In this document: positions 1 to 10,928 of the stretch, piece after piece
How positions within the stretch are numbered: the stretch's first letter is position 1
Layout of the letters: the number at the start of each line of letters is the position of its first letter
Source: Candidatus Acetothermia bacterium
GTDB lineage: Bacteria; Bipolaricaulota; Bipolaricaulia; M55B111
Length of the DNA stretch: 37,947 bases
NCBI GenBank assembly: GCA_046543235.1
Contig: JBKGZT010000005.1
Span: forward strand, 1 to 37,947
Direction of reading: 5' to 3'
Translations under genes and position numbers: made by a program
Notes under the pieces: generated by a model
What the model was told of the DNA's origin: nothing
What the model saw: only the letters and a program-made list of their open reading frames with translations
The model's database searches: none

Positions 1-37
1 GGAGATAGTATAGAAGCAACTATGTAAAATGAATTTA

Positions 38-154
38 TAGCTTTGGAAACCGTTCGACAAAATCAGGGATCAATTTCCCCAGCGGGGAAATCCCCCTTTC
101 CGATCTCGGCTCGCTCCCCTCCGATGGGATTTTCCTGAACGGTTTCCAAAGCTA
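38..154. repeat. Inverted-repeat element: perfect 18-bp arms enclosing an internal 8-bp hairpin
   Basis: TAGCTTTGGAAACCGTTC (38-55) is the exact reverse complement of GAACGGTTTCCAAAGCTA (137-154). Internal hairpin ATTTCCCC-agc-GGGGAAAT at 73-91. Confidence 0.85.
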
Positions 155-185
155 GTTTTACACGTAAAATGCTACACTATGAAAT

Positions 186-220
186 AGAAAAACCCGCAGC
201 GAGGTTTCCCCCGCTGCGGG
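186..220 (-). terminator. Intrinsic terminator of groESL
   Basis: 9-bp stem CCCGCAGCG (193-201)/CGCTGCGGG (212-220) followed on the minus strand by TTTTTCT, about 30 nt past the groEL stop. Confidence 0.8.
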
Positions 221-248
221 ATTATTGGTTCGGTTTGGTTTGGTTGGT

Positions 249-1913
<1,665 letters not shown>

Positions 1914-1934
1914 TTATTGACCTCCTGAGTTTGG

Positions 1935-2216
1935 TTATTCGATCTTGGCGAGAATGTCGTTGTTCTTGATAATCTTCAGCTCTTCTTCGTCGACTTCTAT
2001 CTCCGTACCGGAGTAGCTGGAGAGTACAACTTCGTCCCCGACTTCGACCTCTATGCTGTCGTCCGTACCTACTGCCAGTACTTCTGCCCTGATGAAGTTG
2101 TCATCGGACTTGGCACTGTCCGGAAGGACTATGCCTCCTTCGGTAACTTCTTCCTCTTCTTCCGACTCTTCGATCTTCTGGACCAACACTCTTCTTCCTA
2201 ATGGTTTGATATCCAT
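1935..2216 (-). CDS. groS: Co-chaperonin GroES
   Basis: IKPLGRRVLV, TEGGIVLPD, VLAVG, VGDEV, YSGTEI, DILAKI; immediately upstream of groEL; SD GGAGGT. Confidence 0.98.
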   Translation of the reverse strand: MDIKPLGRRVLVQKIEESEEEEEVTEGGIVLPDSAKSDDNFIRAEVLAVGTDDSIEVEVGDEVVLSSYSGTEIEVDEEELKIIKNNDILAKIE

Positions 2217-2265
2217 ACTTACCTCCTCTATTTTTTGTTATTGGTTGAGTTATTATAAACCTTAA

Positions 2266-2292
2266 TTAGCACTCTTGGCTTATGACTGCTAA
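2266..2292. promoter_or_regulatory. CIRCE element (HrcA operator)
   Basis: TTAGCACTC-N9-GACTGCTAA, one mismatch from TTAGCACTC-N9-GAGTGCTAA, between the promoter and groES. Confidence 0.93.
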
Positions 2293-2301
2293 CGCAGGAA
2301 A

Positions 2302-2330
2302 AGTGTACTCAATTACCCCCTTTCCGTCAA
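2302..2330 (-). promoter_or_regulatory. Sigma70-type promoter of groESL
   Basis: Minus strand TTGACG (2330-2325), 17 bp, TACACT (2307-2302), directly upstream of CIRCE. Confidence 0.75.
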
Positions 2331-2506
2331 CCCCTCGTTTAAGATATCTTTAAGTGGCCGCGGCCGTCTCTCAGGTGGTCAATTGGTAAATTGGCTATCT
2401 TCAGATCTTCGCCTTTTTAAGCTCATCTGCGTATGAGTTTTGCGTTTTAAGTTATGTTCTGGCGGGAAGATAGAGTATTTTTTGGCTGAGCTGAGTGATG
2501 ATTATG

Positions 2507-3847
2507 TTACCCCTGGTTTTTTACCGGTAGGGTGAATTCGAACACGGTGCCCTCCCCCTCCTCGCTTTCCACGGAAATCTCACCTCCGTGAGATTCCACG
2601 ATTTCCTTAGAAATCGTCAGGCCGAGACCGGTCCCTCCCGTTCCCCTGGACCGTGATTTGTCCACCCGGTAAAAGCGATCGAAGACGTGGGGTAACTCGT
2701 CTTCGGGAATGCCGCTTCCTTCGTCCGCAACCCGGACGGTGACGGAGTTGGACGTGGAACTAGGAAAAACCTCCACCTGTATCCTTCCTCCCGACGGAGT
2801 ATGTGTTAAAGCGTTGTCGAGCAGGTTGCGAACCACCTGAGATATCCTCTCCGGATCCGCTTCCAGGAGGGTGGACTCCTCGAAGTTCTCCTGGACCGTA
2901 ACTCCGGCCCGATCGGCGGTGTTTTTTGTGGCTCTTACCTCCCGCTCGATTATGTCTTCCAGCACCACCGGCTCTCTGTCCAATTCTAACTGGCCTGCCC
3001 TGGCACTGTTTACATCCCTCAAATCGTCCACCAGCCTCTTCAGGACAAGGGATTGCTGGTGTAGGGAGTCAAATACATCCTCGGTAGGTTCTACCATCCC
3101 TTCCTTGAGCCCTTCTAGATAGCCCTGAATGTTTGAAAGAGGATTGCGAAGCTCGTGGGCGACGTCGCTGACCATCTCCTCTCGTAAGGTCTTTTGTTCT
3201 TTCAGTCTCTTTGCAAGGGAATTGAATGCTTCGCCTAACTTGCCGATCTCGCCGCCGGAGGAGGTATCCACCCTCTGATCCAGGTCTCCACCCTTCATCC
3301 TCTTCGTGGCCCGTGTTAGTTCCCGAATCGGTTTCAGAATGTTTCTCGAAAACAGGATTGCAAGCACTATTCCCGTTAATCCGGCGATTAACCCCCCGGT
3401 AACGACGGACCTGTTTACGGAATTTATGAAGGTTTCCTGCAATGGAGACCGCTCCCGGGATTTTATGAATATCTTGCCGACCTCGACATCTCCAAGGCTG
3501 ATGGTTACGGTTCTGCGGGCCCAGTTCTCGTCGACGGTGGTTCCAGTTAGTTCGCCCTTGGTGTCGCTTATTACCTCGCCCTCGGGATCCGTCAGCAGTA
3601 TTCTTTCGCTATATACTTCCGCCACGTTTTCGGTTAGGCTGGTGACGTTGTCCCAGTCACCGTGATACCGGTAGTAATTTGAAAAAGTCAGAGCCAGGCG
3701 CTGGTACCTCTCCGCCTGGTCGCTACTGACGTAGCGGTCGAACTGGTTGATTGCGGAATTGGAGGCTATGTAAGAGATCGTTCCGACAGCTATCGCTATC
3801 ACGAGGAAGAAGCTGGCCAGTAGTTTGATCCGTAAGCTATTAGACAT
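2507..3847 (-). CDS. Membrane sensor histidine kinase (HAMP-HisKA-HATPase; BaeS/CssS-like)
   Basis: Two TM helices, HAMP, H-box AHELRNPL, N-box NLLDNA, G1 DEGSGI, F-box FDRFYR, G2 GTGLGL; overlaps the response regulator stop. Confidence 0.95.
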   Translation of the reverse strand: MSNSLRIKLLASFFLVIAIAVGTISYIASNSAINQFDRYVSSDQAERYQRLALTFSNYYRYHGDWDNVTSLTENVAEVYSERILLTDPEGEVISDTKGELTGTTVDENWARRTVTISLGDVEVGKIFIKSRERSPLQETFINSVNRSVVTGGLIAGLTGIVLAILFSRNILKPIRELTRATKRMKGGDLDQRVDTSSGGEIGKLGEAFNSLAKRLKEQKTLREEMVSDVAHELRNPLSNIQGYLEGLKEGMVEPTEDVFDSLHQQSLVLKRLVDDLRDVNSARAGQLELDREPVVLEDIIEREVRATKNTADRAGVTVQENFEESTLLEADPERISQVVRNLLDNALTHTPSGGRIQVEVFPSSTSNSVTVRVADEGSGIPEDELPHVFDRFYRVDKSRSRGTGGTGLGLTISKEIVESHGGEISVESEEGEGTVFEFTLPVKNQG

Positions 3848-4547
3848 CTTCTTCCTGCTGGTCCGTCCTTCCTGGAGGTGCGAATTTGTAACCTACGCCA
3901 TGTTCCGTCCGGATGTAAGTCGGATCGTCCGTGTCCGGCTCTATTTTTTTTCTGATGTTCTTAATGTGGACGTCTATGGTCCTTTCAAAGCCCTCGTAGC
4001 CGTAACCAAGTGCCGCGTGGATGAGATCCGGGCGCGAGAAGACTCGCCTGGGCTGTTTGACGAGGGTGGAGAGAATGTCAAATTCCGTCGGGGTAAGATC
4101 CACCTCTTCATCGTTTAGCAGGACCTTATGGGATTCGAAGTTCACGGTTAAATCTCCGTGGCTGACCTCTTTTGGGCCATCATCCGAAGCCCTCCGCAGC
4201 ACCGCTCTTATCCTGGCCAGAAGTTCTCCGGGGCTGAAAGGTTTCGTCACGTAGTCGTCCGCACCGAGGTCCAGCCCTTTGATCCTGTCTTCTTCACCGG
4301 ATTTAGCCGTCAGCATTATTATTGGAGTGTTGGACTCGTTCCGGACGCCACGGCAGACGTTGAGGCCGCTGACCTTGGGGAGCATGAGGTCTAGAACGAT
4401 CAAGTCTACCTCCCGCAGCCGAAATAGGTTCAGGGCGGCCTGTCCGTCGTAAGCTGTCAGTACTTCGTATCCATCCTTCTCCAGGTAATTCTTTAACAGG
4501 TCTACCAGGTCCTCGTCATCGTCTACTACAAGTATAGTTTTGTTCAT
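3840..4547 (-). CDS. OmpR/PhoB-family response regulator
   Basis: ILVVDDD, LDLMLP (phospho-Asp), GADDYVTKPFS; winged helix LTPTEF...RTIDVHIKNIRKK...IRTEHGVGY. Confidence 0.97.
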   Translation of the reverse strand: MNKTILVVDDDEDLVDLLKNYLEKDGYEVLTAYDGQAALNLFRLREVDLIVLDLMLPKVSGLNVCRGVRNESNTPIIMLTAKSGEEDRIKGLDLGADDYVTKPFSPGELLARIRAVLRRASDDGPKEVSHGDLTVNFESHKVLLNDEEVDLTPTEFDILSTLVKQPRRVFSRPDLIHAALGYGYEGFERTIDVHIKNIRKKIEPDTDDPTYIRTEHGVGYKFAPPGRTDQQEEDV

Positions 4548-4568
4548 TGTTGCCTCAAAGCCGTAGTT

Positions 4569-4597
4569 CCGGGACCCGGTTTTCCTCCGGGTCCCGG
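4569..4597. terminator. GC-rich hairpin between degP and the response regulator (terminator or mRNA-stabilising stem)
   Basis: Perfect 11-bp stem CCGGGACCCGG/CCGGGTCCCGG with a 7-nt loop; no U-tract on the minus strand. Confidence 0.55.
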
Positions 4598-4617
4598 TGG
4601 GTAGGCGTTATGTCCAG

Positions 4618-6075
4618 TTAGGGAGTAAGCGTCATCCATCTGTATCCGGTACCCCTGATTACCCTTACCAGCAGGGATTCACCCTGACTCAGATCCGAAG
4701 TCACCTTCTTCCAGTCCTCGATCGACTCCAGGGTTACGAGGTCCACATTGCTCCTTCCGGCTTGAAGGAGGACGTCCCCCACTTCCAGTTCTTCGGAGGC
4801 AACTGATCCTTCCAGGTCAGTTATAACCAAGCCTGCTTCGACGGAGAGATCGTATTCTTCCCTGAGACCCCCTGAGTTTTCCTGGAGGGTGAACCCAAAA
4901 CTCTCGTCCGTGTAGGTATCCGGCTCGGGTTCTCCTTCGCCGGAACCCTCGGACCGTCTGCCCAGCTCGACCGAGATGGTGTCCTTGGAACTTTCCCTGG
5001 CGTAGGTAATCTCGATCTTTTCTCCGACACTTCTGTACATTATCTCCTGCTGGAAGGTCGAGCCACCGTCGATCTCTTTGCCGTTGATCTCAACTATTAT
5101 GTCTCCTGCCTTTAATCCCGCCCTGTCCGCGGGTGAGTCCTCAATTACTTCGGAAATCAGAACGCCGTTTCCGTTTTCCAGTTCGAACTTTCTCCCCATT
5201 TCGGGGGTAACGTCCTGGAACCAGACACCCAGCCAGGCTCGGGTAACCTCTCCTTCTCTGACCAGGTCGGGTATGACTCTCTTGACGGAATCGATCGATA
5301 CCGCGAAGTTCAGGCCGGTAAGCGGTACCCCCTGCTGGTTGCGTCTGATTATCGCGGTGTTTATCCCGATTACTTCGCCGTTCGTGTTTACCAGGGGTCC
5401 GCCGGAGTTTCCCGGGTTGATCGCCGCGTCCGTTTGAAGCAAGTTCTGGTAGCTCCCTTCGCTGTTTGGCCTCGGGATGGTTCTATCTTTGGCGCTAAGC
5501 ACCCCTGCGGTTACCGTATTCTCGAATCCTTCCGGATTGCCGATTGCCACGACCCATCCTCCGATGGGCGTTTCCTCGGGATTCCCCAGAGCAACCGTCG
5601 GCAGGTTTTCCGTGTTACCTTCCGTAATTTCCAGGACCGCAACGTCGATCATCTCGTCCTGGCCCACCGCTTCCGCCTGGTAAGTTTCCCCGTCGCTAAA
5701 TACCAAGTTGATCTCCTGGGCGTTAGATACCACGTGTTCGTTAGTCAGCACGTATTTTTCACCCTGCCAGCTGATCACGAAGCCGGACCCGAGCGACTCG
5801 ACCTGGCGTTCCTCCTCCTTCGGGGGTTCTCCAAAGAAGTACCTGAAGAACGGGTCGTCGAAGAACTCAGACGGCGATCGCTGGGAAACCGATTTACGCA
5901 CCTCGACCCTGGCGACTGCTGGTCCGACTTTCCCCGCCGCCCGCGTAATCGCGGTCTGTTGGTTATCTACTAGGTTTTCCTCTTCTGCCGTTAACCCCGT
6001 GGTCCCTGTTCCGATTAAAGCTATCAAAAGCCCGATGACGACCAAAACCGTAAAGTTGACTGACCTTCTGAGCAT
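4618..6075 (-). CDS. degP: HtrA/DegP-family serine protease with two PDZ domains
   Basis: Signal peptide; SLGSGF, LTNEHVV (His), IDVAVL (Asp), QTDAAINPGNSGGPL (Ser); PDZ with WLGV and SPADRAGLKAGDII, then a second degenerate PDZ. Confidence 0.93.
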   Translation of the reverse strand: MLRRSVNFTVLVVIGLLIALIGTGTTGLTAEEENLVDNQQTAITRAAGKVGPAVARVEVRKSVSQRSPSEFFDDPFFRYFFGEPPKEEERQVESLGSGFVISWQGEKYVLTNEHVVSNAQEINLVFSDGETYQAEAVGQDEMIDVAVLEITEGNTENLPTVALGNPEETPIGGWVVAIGNPEGFENTVTAGVLSAKDRTIPRPNSEGSYQNLLQTDAAINPGNSGGPLVNTNGEVIGINTAIIRRNQQGVPLTGLNFAVSIDSVKRVIPDLVREGEVTRAWLGVWFQDVTPEMGRKFELENGNGVLISEVIEDSPADRAGLKAGDIIVEINGKEIDGGSTFQQEIMYRSVGEKIEITYARESSKDTISVELGRRSEGSGEGEPEPDTYTDESFGFTLQENSGGLREEYDLSVEAGLVITDLEGSVASEELEVGDVLLQAGRSNVDLVTLESIEDWKKVTSDLSQGESLLVRVIRGTGYRWMTLTP

Positions 6076-6109
6076 GGTAATCCCCCCTTGTCGTTTATTG
6101 ACGATTCTA

Positions 6110-6158
6110 ATTATACCCTAGCGGGGGGATGTAAAGAAAGTGTGAAGTATTTTTGAAG
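6110..6158 (-). promoter_or_regulatory. degP promoter with three 7-bp direct repeats at 11-bp spacing (candidate OmpR-family site)
   Basis: Minus strand CTTCAAA-N4-CTTCACA-N4-CTTTACA (6158-6130) occupying the -35 region, then TATAAT (6115-6110). Confidence 0.6.
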
Positions 6159-6220
6159 GAATCGAACTAACTCTTGGAACCTGAATTTCGCCTGGGTCCT
6201 TAATATCCTACGGAAACGCC

Positions 6221-8881
6221 TCATTCGGTCCGGGAACCTTTTCCTCGGAAACCGAAGAACCTTTTTCCCGCTTTGACGTAGAGCCAGATAAATACCACGA
6301 AAATCAGCACGGCTGATCCCACGACAAGCCAGGCGTGGAAACCGAGAGGGACCAAACCGAAGAAACCGTTGAGCGGGCTGTAAATCACGACGAACTGGAG
6401 GAGGATGGAAGACAGTACCGCCAGTCTGAGCCAGCTGTTCCGCTTGATGGGCTCGCCGAAGATCTTCCTTATCGGCCAAATTTCGACCAGCTCTATCAGT
6501 ACGAGTTCCGTAAAGGCGACGGTTCGCGCCGTACGCAGGTCGGGCAGGAAGCGGTTAAAGGAAAAGAGGATCAACGTAGTAAGACTCAAACCGATTCCCA
6601 GGATGACGTAAACCATGTAACCATTTATTACTCCTTCCCCTTTTTCCCGGGGGGACCGCCCCATAATCCCGGCCGATCTGCCGTCCGCACCCAGTGCAAC
6701 TGCCGGCAACCCGTCCGTTAAAAGGTTGACCCAGAGCAACATCGGGGCCGTCAGAGGCAGACCGAGTCCGATCATCGAGGCTATAAAGACGGTCAAGACC
6801 TCGGCCAGGTTCCCGGAAAGCAGGAGTGAAACGAACTTCCTGACGTTGTCAAATATGGCCCTACCCTCGGCGATGGCTTCCTTTATCGAGGTAAAGTTAT
6901 CGTCGAGCAGGACTATGTCGGAAGCCTGTTTTGCTACGTCGGTACCTCTGATACCCATGGCAACACCTACGTCCGAGCGCTTCAACGTCGGAGCGTCGTT
7001 GACCCCGTCACCGGTCATCGCGACCACGTCGCCCTCCTCCTCTTTTATCAGGTTAAGTATTTTTAGCTTGTGCGAAGGGGATACGCGGGCATAGATGTCG
7101 ATCTCGGACACCCGTTCTCGCAACTGCCGGTCCGAGAGTTCGTCGACTTCCTTACCCGTTATTACGTCGCCGGTAAAGCCCAGCTTGCTACCGATGGCTT
7201 TGGCTGTAATGGCGTTATCGCCGGTTACCATGACGGTCCTGATGCCCGCCTTTCTGCACGCTTCTACCGCGTCTGCCACTTCCTCACGCGGGGGGTCGAG
7301 CATTCCCTGGAGACCGATGAAGGTGAGACCTTCTTCGAGTTCTCCCTCCGAGTAGGTATCCGGGTTTTCTCCATCTAGGTCCTTGCTCGCGAAACCGAGA
7401 ACCCGGAGCGCTTCTTCCGCCATCTCGTCCACTTTCGTTTTTAACTTGCTCCGTTTTTCCGGAGTTAACTCCTTGACCTCGCCGCCTTCCAGGTAGCTAT
7501 TGCTCCGTTCTAGGAGTATCTCCGGGGCACCTTTGGTAAACGAGGTCACCTTTCCCTCGGTTCGGTGGACCGTCGTCATTCGTTTTCGGTCCGAGGAAAA
7601 AGGTACTTCTCTCACTCTTTCGTGATTTTCCTGCAGCTCTTCGACCTCCAGACCCGCATTCCGGGCTGACTTGAGCAGAGCTATCTCGGTTGGATCTCCC
7701 CGGCTATCGTCACCCTCAAGGGTGGCGTCATTGCAGAGAGCTCCCGCGGAAAGCAGGAGTTCCTCCGCCGACCCTCCGTCTATATTGGGTAACTCCGACG
7801 GGTCGGAGTCGGAAACATCGAGTTCGTTTCCGCCGGCGTAAAGCTTTCGCACGGACATCTCGTTTTCCGTGAGCGTACCCGTCTTGTCGGTGCAGATGGT
7901 ATCCACCGACCCCAAAGATTCCACCGCGGTCAGCCGTCTGGTCAATACGTTTCTGTCCACCATCTTCCTCGTTCCCATCGCAAGGGAGAGGGTAACGACG
8001 GCAGGTAGTCCTTCCGGGATGGCGGCTACTGCAAGTGCCACCGCGGTGAGCACGGCGTCGAGCCAGCTTATCCCGTGAATCAGTATCGATATGGGGATAA
8101 TTAGGGATGAGATGACGAGCAGGATGAAGCCCAGCCTCTTCCCGAGTTTGTTTACTTCCTTTTGGAAAGGTGTCAGTTCCTTTTCTACTTCCTGAATCTG
8201 TCTGGCCACTTCCCCGATTTCCGTATCCATTCCCGTAGAAACCACTACGGCTTTCCCCCGACCTCTGACTACGTTGGTCTGTTTAAAGACGAGGTCCGTC
8301 TTTTCGGCGGGGTTGCTGCCGGCCTCGACGGGCTGGAGGTCCTTCTTCACGGGTTCACTCTCCCCCGTCAGGGCCGACTCGTCCACCTTGAGGCTTTCCT
8401 CTTCGATTAGCCTGGCATCGGCGGGAATTGCCGATCCCTGTTCGAGCGAAATGACGTCCCCGGGGACGACCTGTTCGCGAGGCACCTCTTTGACCGAACC
8501 GTTCCTGTAGACCACGGCGTCCGGCGATGCCATCTCTTTTAGCGCCTGAATCGACTGTTCCGCCTTCCAGTCCTGGACGAAGCCGAAGATACCGTTACCG
8601 ATAACTATCGAGATGATCAAGTAAAAATCCACCTGGTGGCCCAGAACCAGAGAAAGGGTTGCGGCCACCAGGAGTATGAGGATGAGGAAGTCGGTGAACT
8701 GTTCGAAGAACAGTTTCAGCGGCGAAACCTGATCTTCTTCTTCCAGCTCGTTTTTCCCATACTTTTCCAGACGGGCATTAGCCTCTTCTTCCGACAGCCC
8801 CTCCGGCGAGGTGGAAAGTTCGTCGTAGATTTCCTCAGGAGTAAACCTGCTCCAAGGTTTTTCTTCCATTTTGTCAATCAC
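6221..8881 (-). CDS. Cation-translocating P-type ATPase, type IIA (Ca2+-type)
   Basis: LTGES, AIPEGLP, DKTGTLT, KGAPE, MVTGDN, MTGDGVNDAP, WVNLLTDGLPA. The start may be the ATG at 8869. Confidence 0.93.
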   Translation of the reverse strand: MIDKMEEKPWSRFTPEEIYDELSTSPEGLSEEEANARLEKYGKNELEEEDQVSPLKLFFEQFTDFLILILLVAATLSLVLGHQVDFYLIISIVIGNGIFGFVQDWKAEQSIQALKEMASPDAVVYRNGSVKEVPREQVVPGDVISLEQGSAIPADARLIEEESLKVDESALTGESEPVKKDLQPVEAGSNPAEKTDLVFKQTNVVRGRGKAVVVSTGMDTEIGEVARQIQEVEKELTPFQKEVNKLGKRLGFILLVISSLIIPISILIHGISWLDAVLTAVALAVAAIPEGLPAVVTLSLAMGTRKMVDRNVLTRRLTAVESLGSVDTICTDKTGTLTENEMSVRKLYAGGNELDVSDSDPSELPNIDGGSAEELLLSAGALCNDATLEGDDSRGDPTEIALLKSARNAGLEVEELQENHERVREVPFSSDRKRMTTVHRTEGKVTSFTKGAPEILLERSNSYLEGGEVKELTPEKRSKLKTKVDEMAEEALRVLGFASKDLDGENPDTYSEGELEEGLTFIGLQGMLDPPREEVADAVEACRKAGIRTVMVTGDNAITAKAIGSKLGFTGDVITGKEVDELSDRQLRERVSEIDIYARVSPSHKLKILNLIKEEEGDVVAMTGDGVNDAPTLKRSDVGVAMGIRGTDVAKQASDIVLLDDNFTSIKEAIAEGRAIFDNVRKFVSLLLSGNLAEVLTVFIASMIGLGLPLTAPMLLWVNLLTDGLPAVALGADGRSAGIMGRSPREKGEGVINGYMVYVILGIGLSLTTLILFSFNRFLPDLRTARTVAFTELVLIELVEIWPIRKIFGEPIKRNSWLRLAVLSSILLQFVVIYSPLNGFFGLVPLGFHAWLVVGSAVLIFVVFIWLYVKAGKRFFGFRGKGSRTE

Positions 8882-9021
8882 CGTTTAGGCAGGATTATGA
8901 ATAAGTATATAAGTTGGTCTGCTTTAATTTCAGATGATACTTCTGATTTCTCGTTTCGAGGCAGAGAGGGCACGGCTGTTCCGCGCGATCGAAGAGAAAA
9001 TCGCCGGAGGGTGTTGTGGAA

Positions 9022-9273
9022 TCAGCCCCCCTCCTCTTCGTCGACGACGTATAACTTTTCACGTCCCGAGGAACCCCCGCAGCTTCCGCTGTAAGGACAG
9101 AAGTTGCACCCCGATTCACAGGTCGCGTCCCCGAGCATCCCCTCGTGGGCCAGTTGTTCTATCATGGCCCGGAGTGTCTGCTCGCGCATGTCGAGGGAAT
9201 CCGCAAGCTCGTCCACCGTTTTACCCCGCTTGAGCAGTTCAAGCACCTTATTTTCCTTTTTCATACTTACCAT
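9022..9273 (-). CDS. FeoC-like winged-helix protein with a Cys cluster
   Basis: HTH (TVDELADSLDMREQTLRAMIEQLAHEGML) followed by Cx3Cx2Cx5C; last gene of the feo run. The start may be the ATG at 9264. Confidence 0.72.
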   Translation of the reverse strand: MVSMKKENKVLELLKRGKTVDELADSLDMREQTLRAMIEQLAHEGMLGDATCESGCNFCPYSGSCGGSSGREKLYVVDEEEGG

Positions 9274-9697
9274 CTTCCAGATAAATCCAGAGGACTAACG
9301 CCAGAGTTATCGGAAGAAGCAAAAGCGATGGTGCGACGGGTTCATGGTAGCTGCTGGCAAAGTCCTCCAAAGTGGTGATCCACCGTCCTCCTTCTCCAGG
9401 AATCGAGCCCAGTATCAAAGACAGTGCTTCCCCCCCGGCCACGATCCAGATCATCAGGCTGGCAAGGACTCCTCTAGCATGTTTCTGTACGCGGTCTGGT
9501 TGGTTTAACGCAAAGAGGTAGATAAATCCCGAGGAGACCAGGATTACTCCCCGCCAGAGCACGAATTCGCCGCTAAAGGTGATAAAAGACCAGGTGTAGC
9601 TCCTCCCGGCCAGAGAGAAGATTATTTCCAGAAAGCCGGGGACCAAAGTAAGGATGCCGATTAAGGCGATCGCGGTCGAAGTCGCTTTGTCCCTCAC
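9248..9697 (-). CDS. Hypothetical membrane protein (about 4 TM) in the feo operon
   Basis: Four hydrophobic segments; GTG start 1 nt after the feoB-permease stop; its own stop overlaps the FeoC-like gene. Confidence 0.78.
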   Translation of the reverse strand: MRDKATSTAIALIGILTLVPGFLEIIFSLAGRSYTWSFITFSGEFVLWRGVILVSSGFIYLFALNQPDRVQKHARGVLASLMIWIVAGGEALSLILGSIPGEGGRWITTLEDFASSYHEPVAPSLLLLPITLALVLWIYLEDGKYEKGK

Positions 9698-9698
9698 T

Positions 9699-10928
9699 TC
9701 ATGTCACCCCCAGGAGTATACCGATCAGGTGGAGGAGTCCTCCCCATAAGAAGACGACCGCACCCAGGGCCAGCAGGCTGCCGCCCAGGACTTTCACCAC
9801 ACCGCCGCTTCTCCTTCCTTCCTTGATTATCATGGAAAATGTCGCTATACAGGGAAAGTAAATCGAGATAAGCACGACGGAAGTAACCAACTGGAAGTTC
9901 GACATATCGATCGCGGTTAGCTGGGCCACGGCCAGGTCCTTTCTGAGGAATCCGGCTATCAGCGGGGCGACGGTCTCCTTTGGGACTCCGAACCAGCCCG
10001 TGATCACGGGGGCAAGGAAGTCCGCCAACCACGATATCACTCCGCCCAGATAGAGCAGGTTGACCAACCCCACGCCGAGCAGGACGAACGGGATCGCGTT
10101 CGTCAGGAAACCCTTTACCTTTACTCCGAGTTTCCTGGCCACGTTGGAGGTAGTGGGGACACGGAAGGGCGGGACGTCCGTCATGATTTCCGGGGACTTG
10201 CCGGGAATAATTCTGTCGAGCAGGAAGCCGAACAGAAAGAAACCCGCCAGCAGGTAAAGCATGATGTAGCCGAAGTACTCGGGAATAAGCGATAGCATAA
10301 CTCCTATCTGGGCCCCGCAGGGGATAAAAATAGACAGGAGGACCATCATCATGAATCTCTGTTTCTTCGTCTCCAGGGTCCTGGTGGCGGCGACGCCGGG
10401 TACGTTGCAGCCAAGCGAAAGTATCATCGGCACGACGGCGAACCCGTGCAGTCCTATCTTGTGGAGGACCGTATCGACGAGGACCGCCAGACGGGGCATG
10501 TATCCCGAGTCCTCGAGGACGGTAATGACCAGGTAAAACGCCATTATCGCGGGCAAAACCACCCCGATGGCGACGAAGAGTCCGCTGGTGAGGATCCCGA
10601 ATGCCTCGAAGGAATTGGTCGCTCCGGGATCACCGACGAAGACGTAATAAAGCCATGATCCCTCGAGAGGGAATACCTCCTGGATCCACGGCAGCCAGTG
10701 TTCGTCGAAGAGCGGGACGAAAAAGCCGTCGGTAAAGAAGCCGGCGAAGGCGTTGAAAAAGCTCCAGAAACCGTAAAGGACCGCGATCCCGAAAGGAATC
10801 CCCGTCAGCGGCTTTACGGTGAGCTCGGCCAGGAGGGACCTTATCGTGATTTCCTCCGTTCCGTATTTGATCGTCTCCCGAGCTAGCTTATCTATTAGCT
10901 CCCATCTTCTTTCCGCCTCTAATTTCAC
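9699..10928 (-). CDS. feoB: FeoB membrane (gate/permease) domain as a separate ORF
   Basis: LEDSGYMPRLA, IGLHG, SLGCNVPG, FIPCGAQ, GFLRKD, YFPCIAT motifs; GTG start with GAGGAG 6 nt upstream. Confidence 0.9.
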   Translation of the reverse strand: MKLEAERRWELIDKLARETIKYGTEEITIRSLLAELTVKPLTGIPFGIAVLYGFWSFFNAFAGFFTDGFFVPLFDEHWLPWIQEVFPLEGSWLYYVFVGDPGATNSFEAFGILTSGLFVAIGVVLPAIMAFYLVITVLEDSGYMPRLAVLVDTVLHKIGLHGFAVVPMILSLGCNVPGVAATRTLETKKQRFMMMVLLSIFIPCGAQIGVMLSLIPEYFGYIMLYLLAGFFLFGFLLDRIIPGKSPEIMTDVPPFRVPTTSNVARKLGVKVKGFLTNAIPFVLLGVGLVNLLYLGGVISWLADFLAPVITGWFGVPKETVAPLIAGFLRKDLAVAQLTAIDMSNFQLVTSVVLISIYFPCIATFSMIIKEGRRSGGVVKVLGGSLLALGAVVFLWGGLLHLIGILLGVT

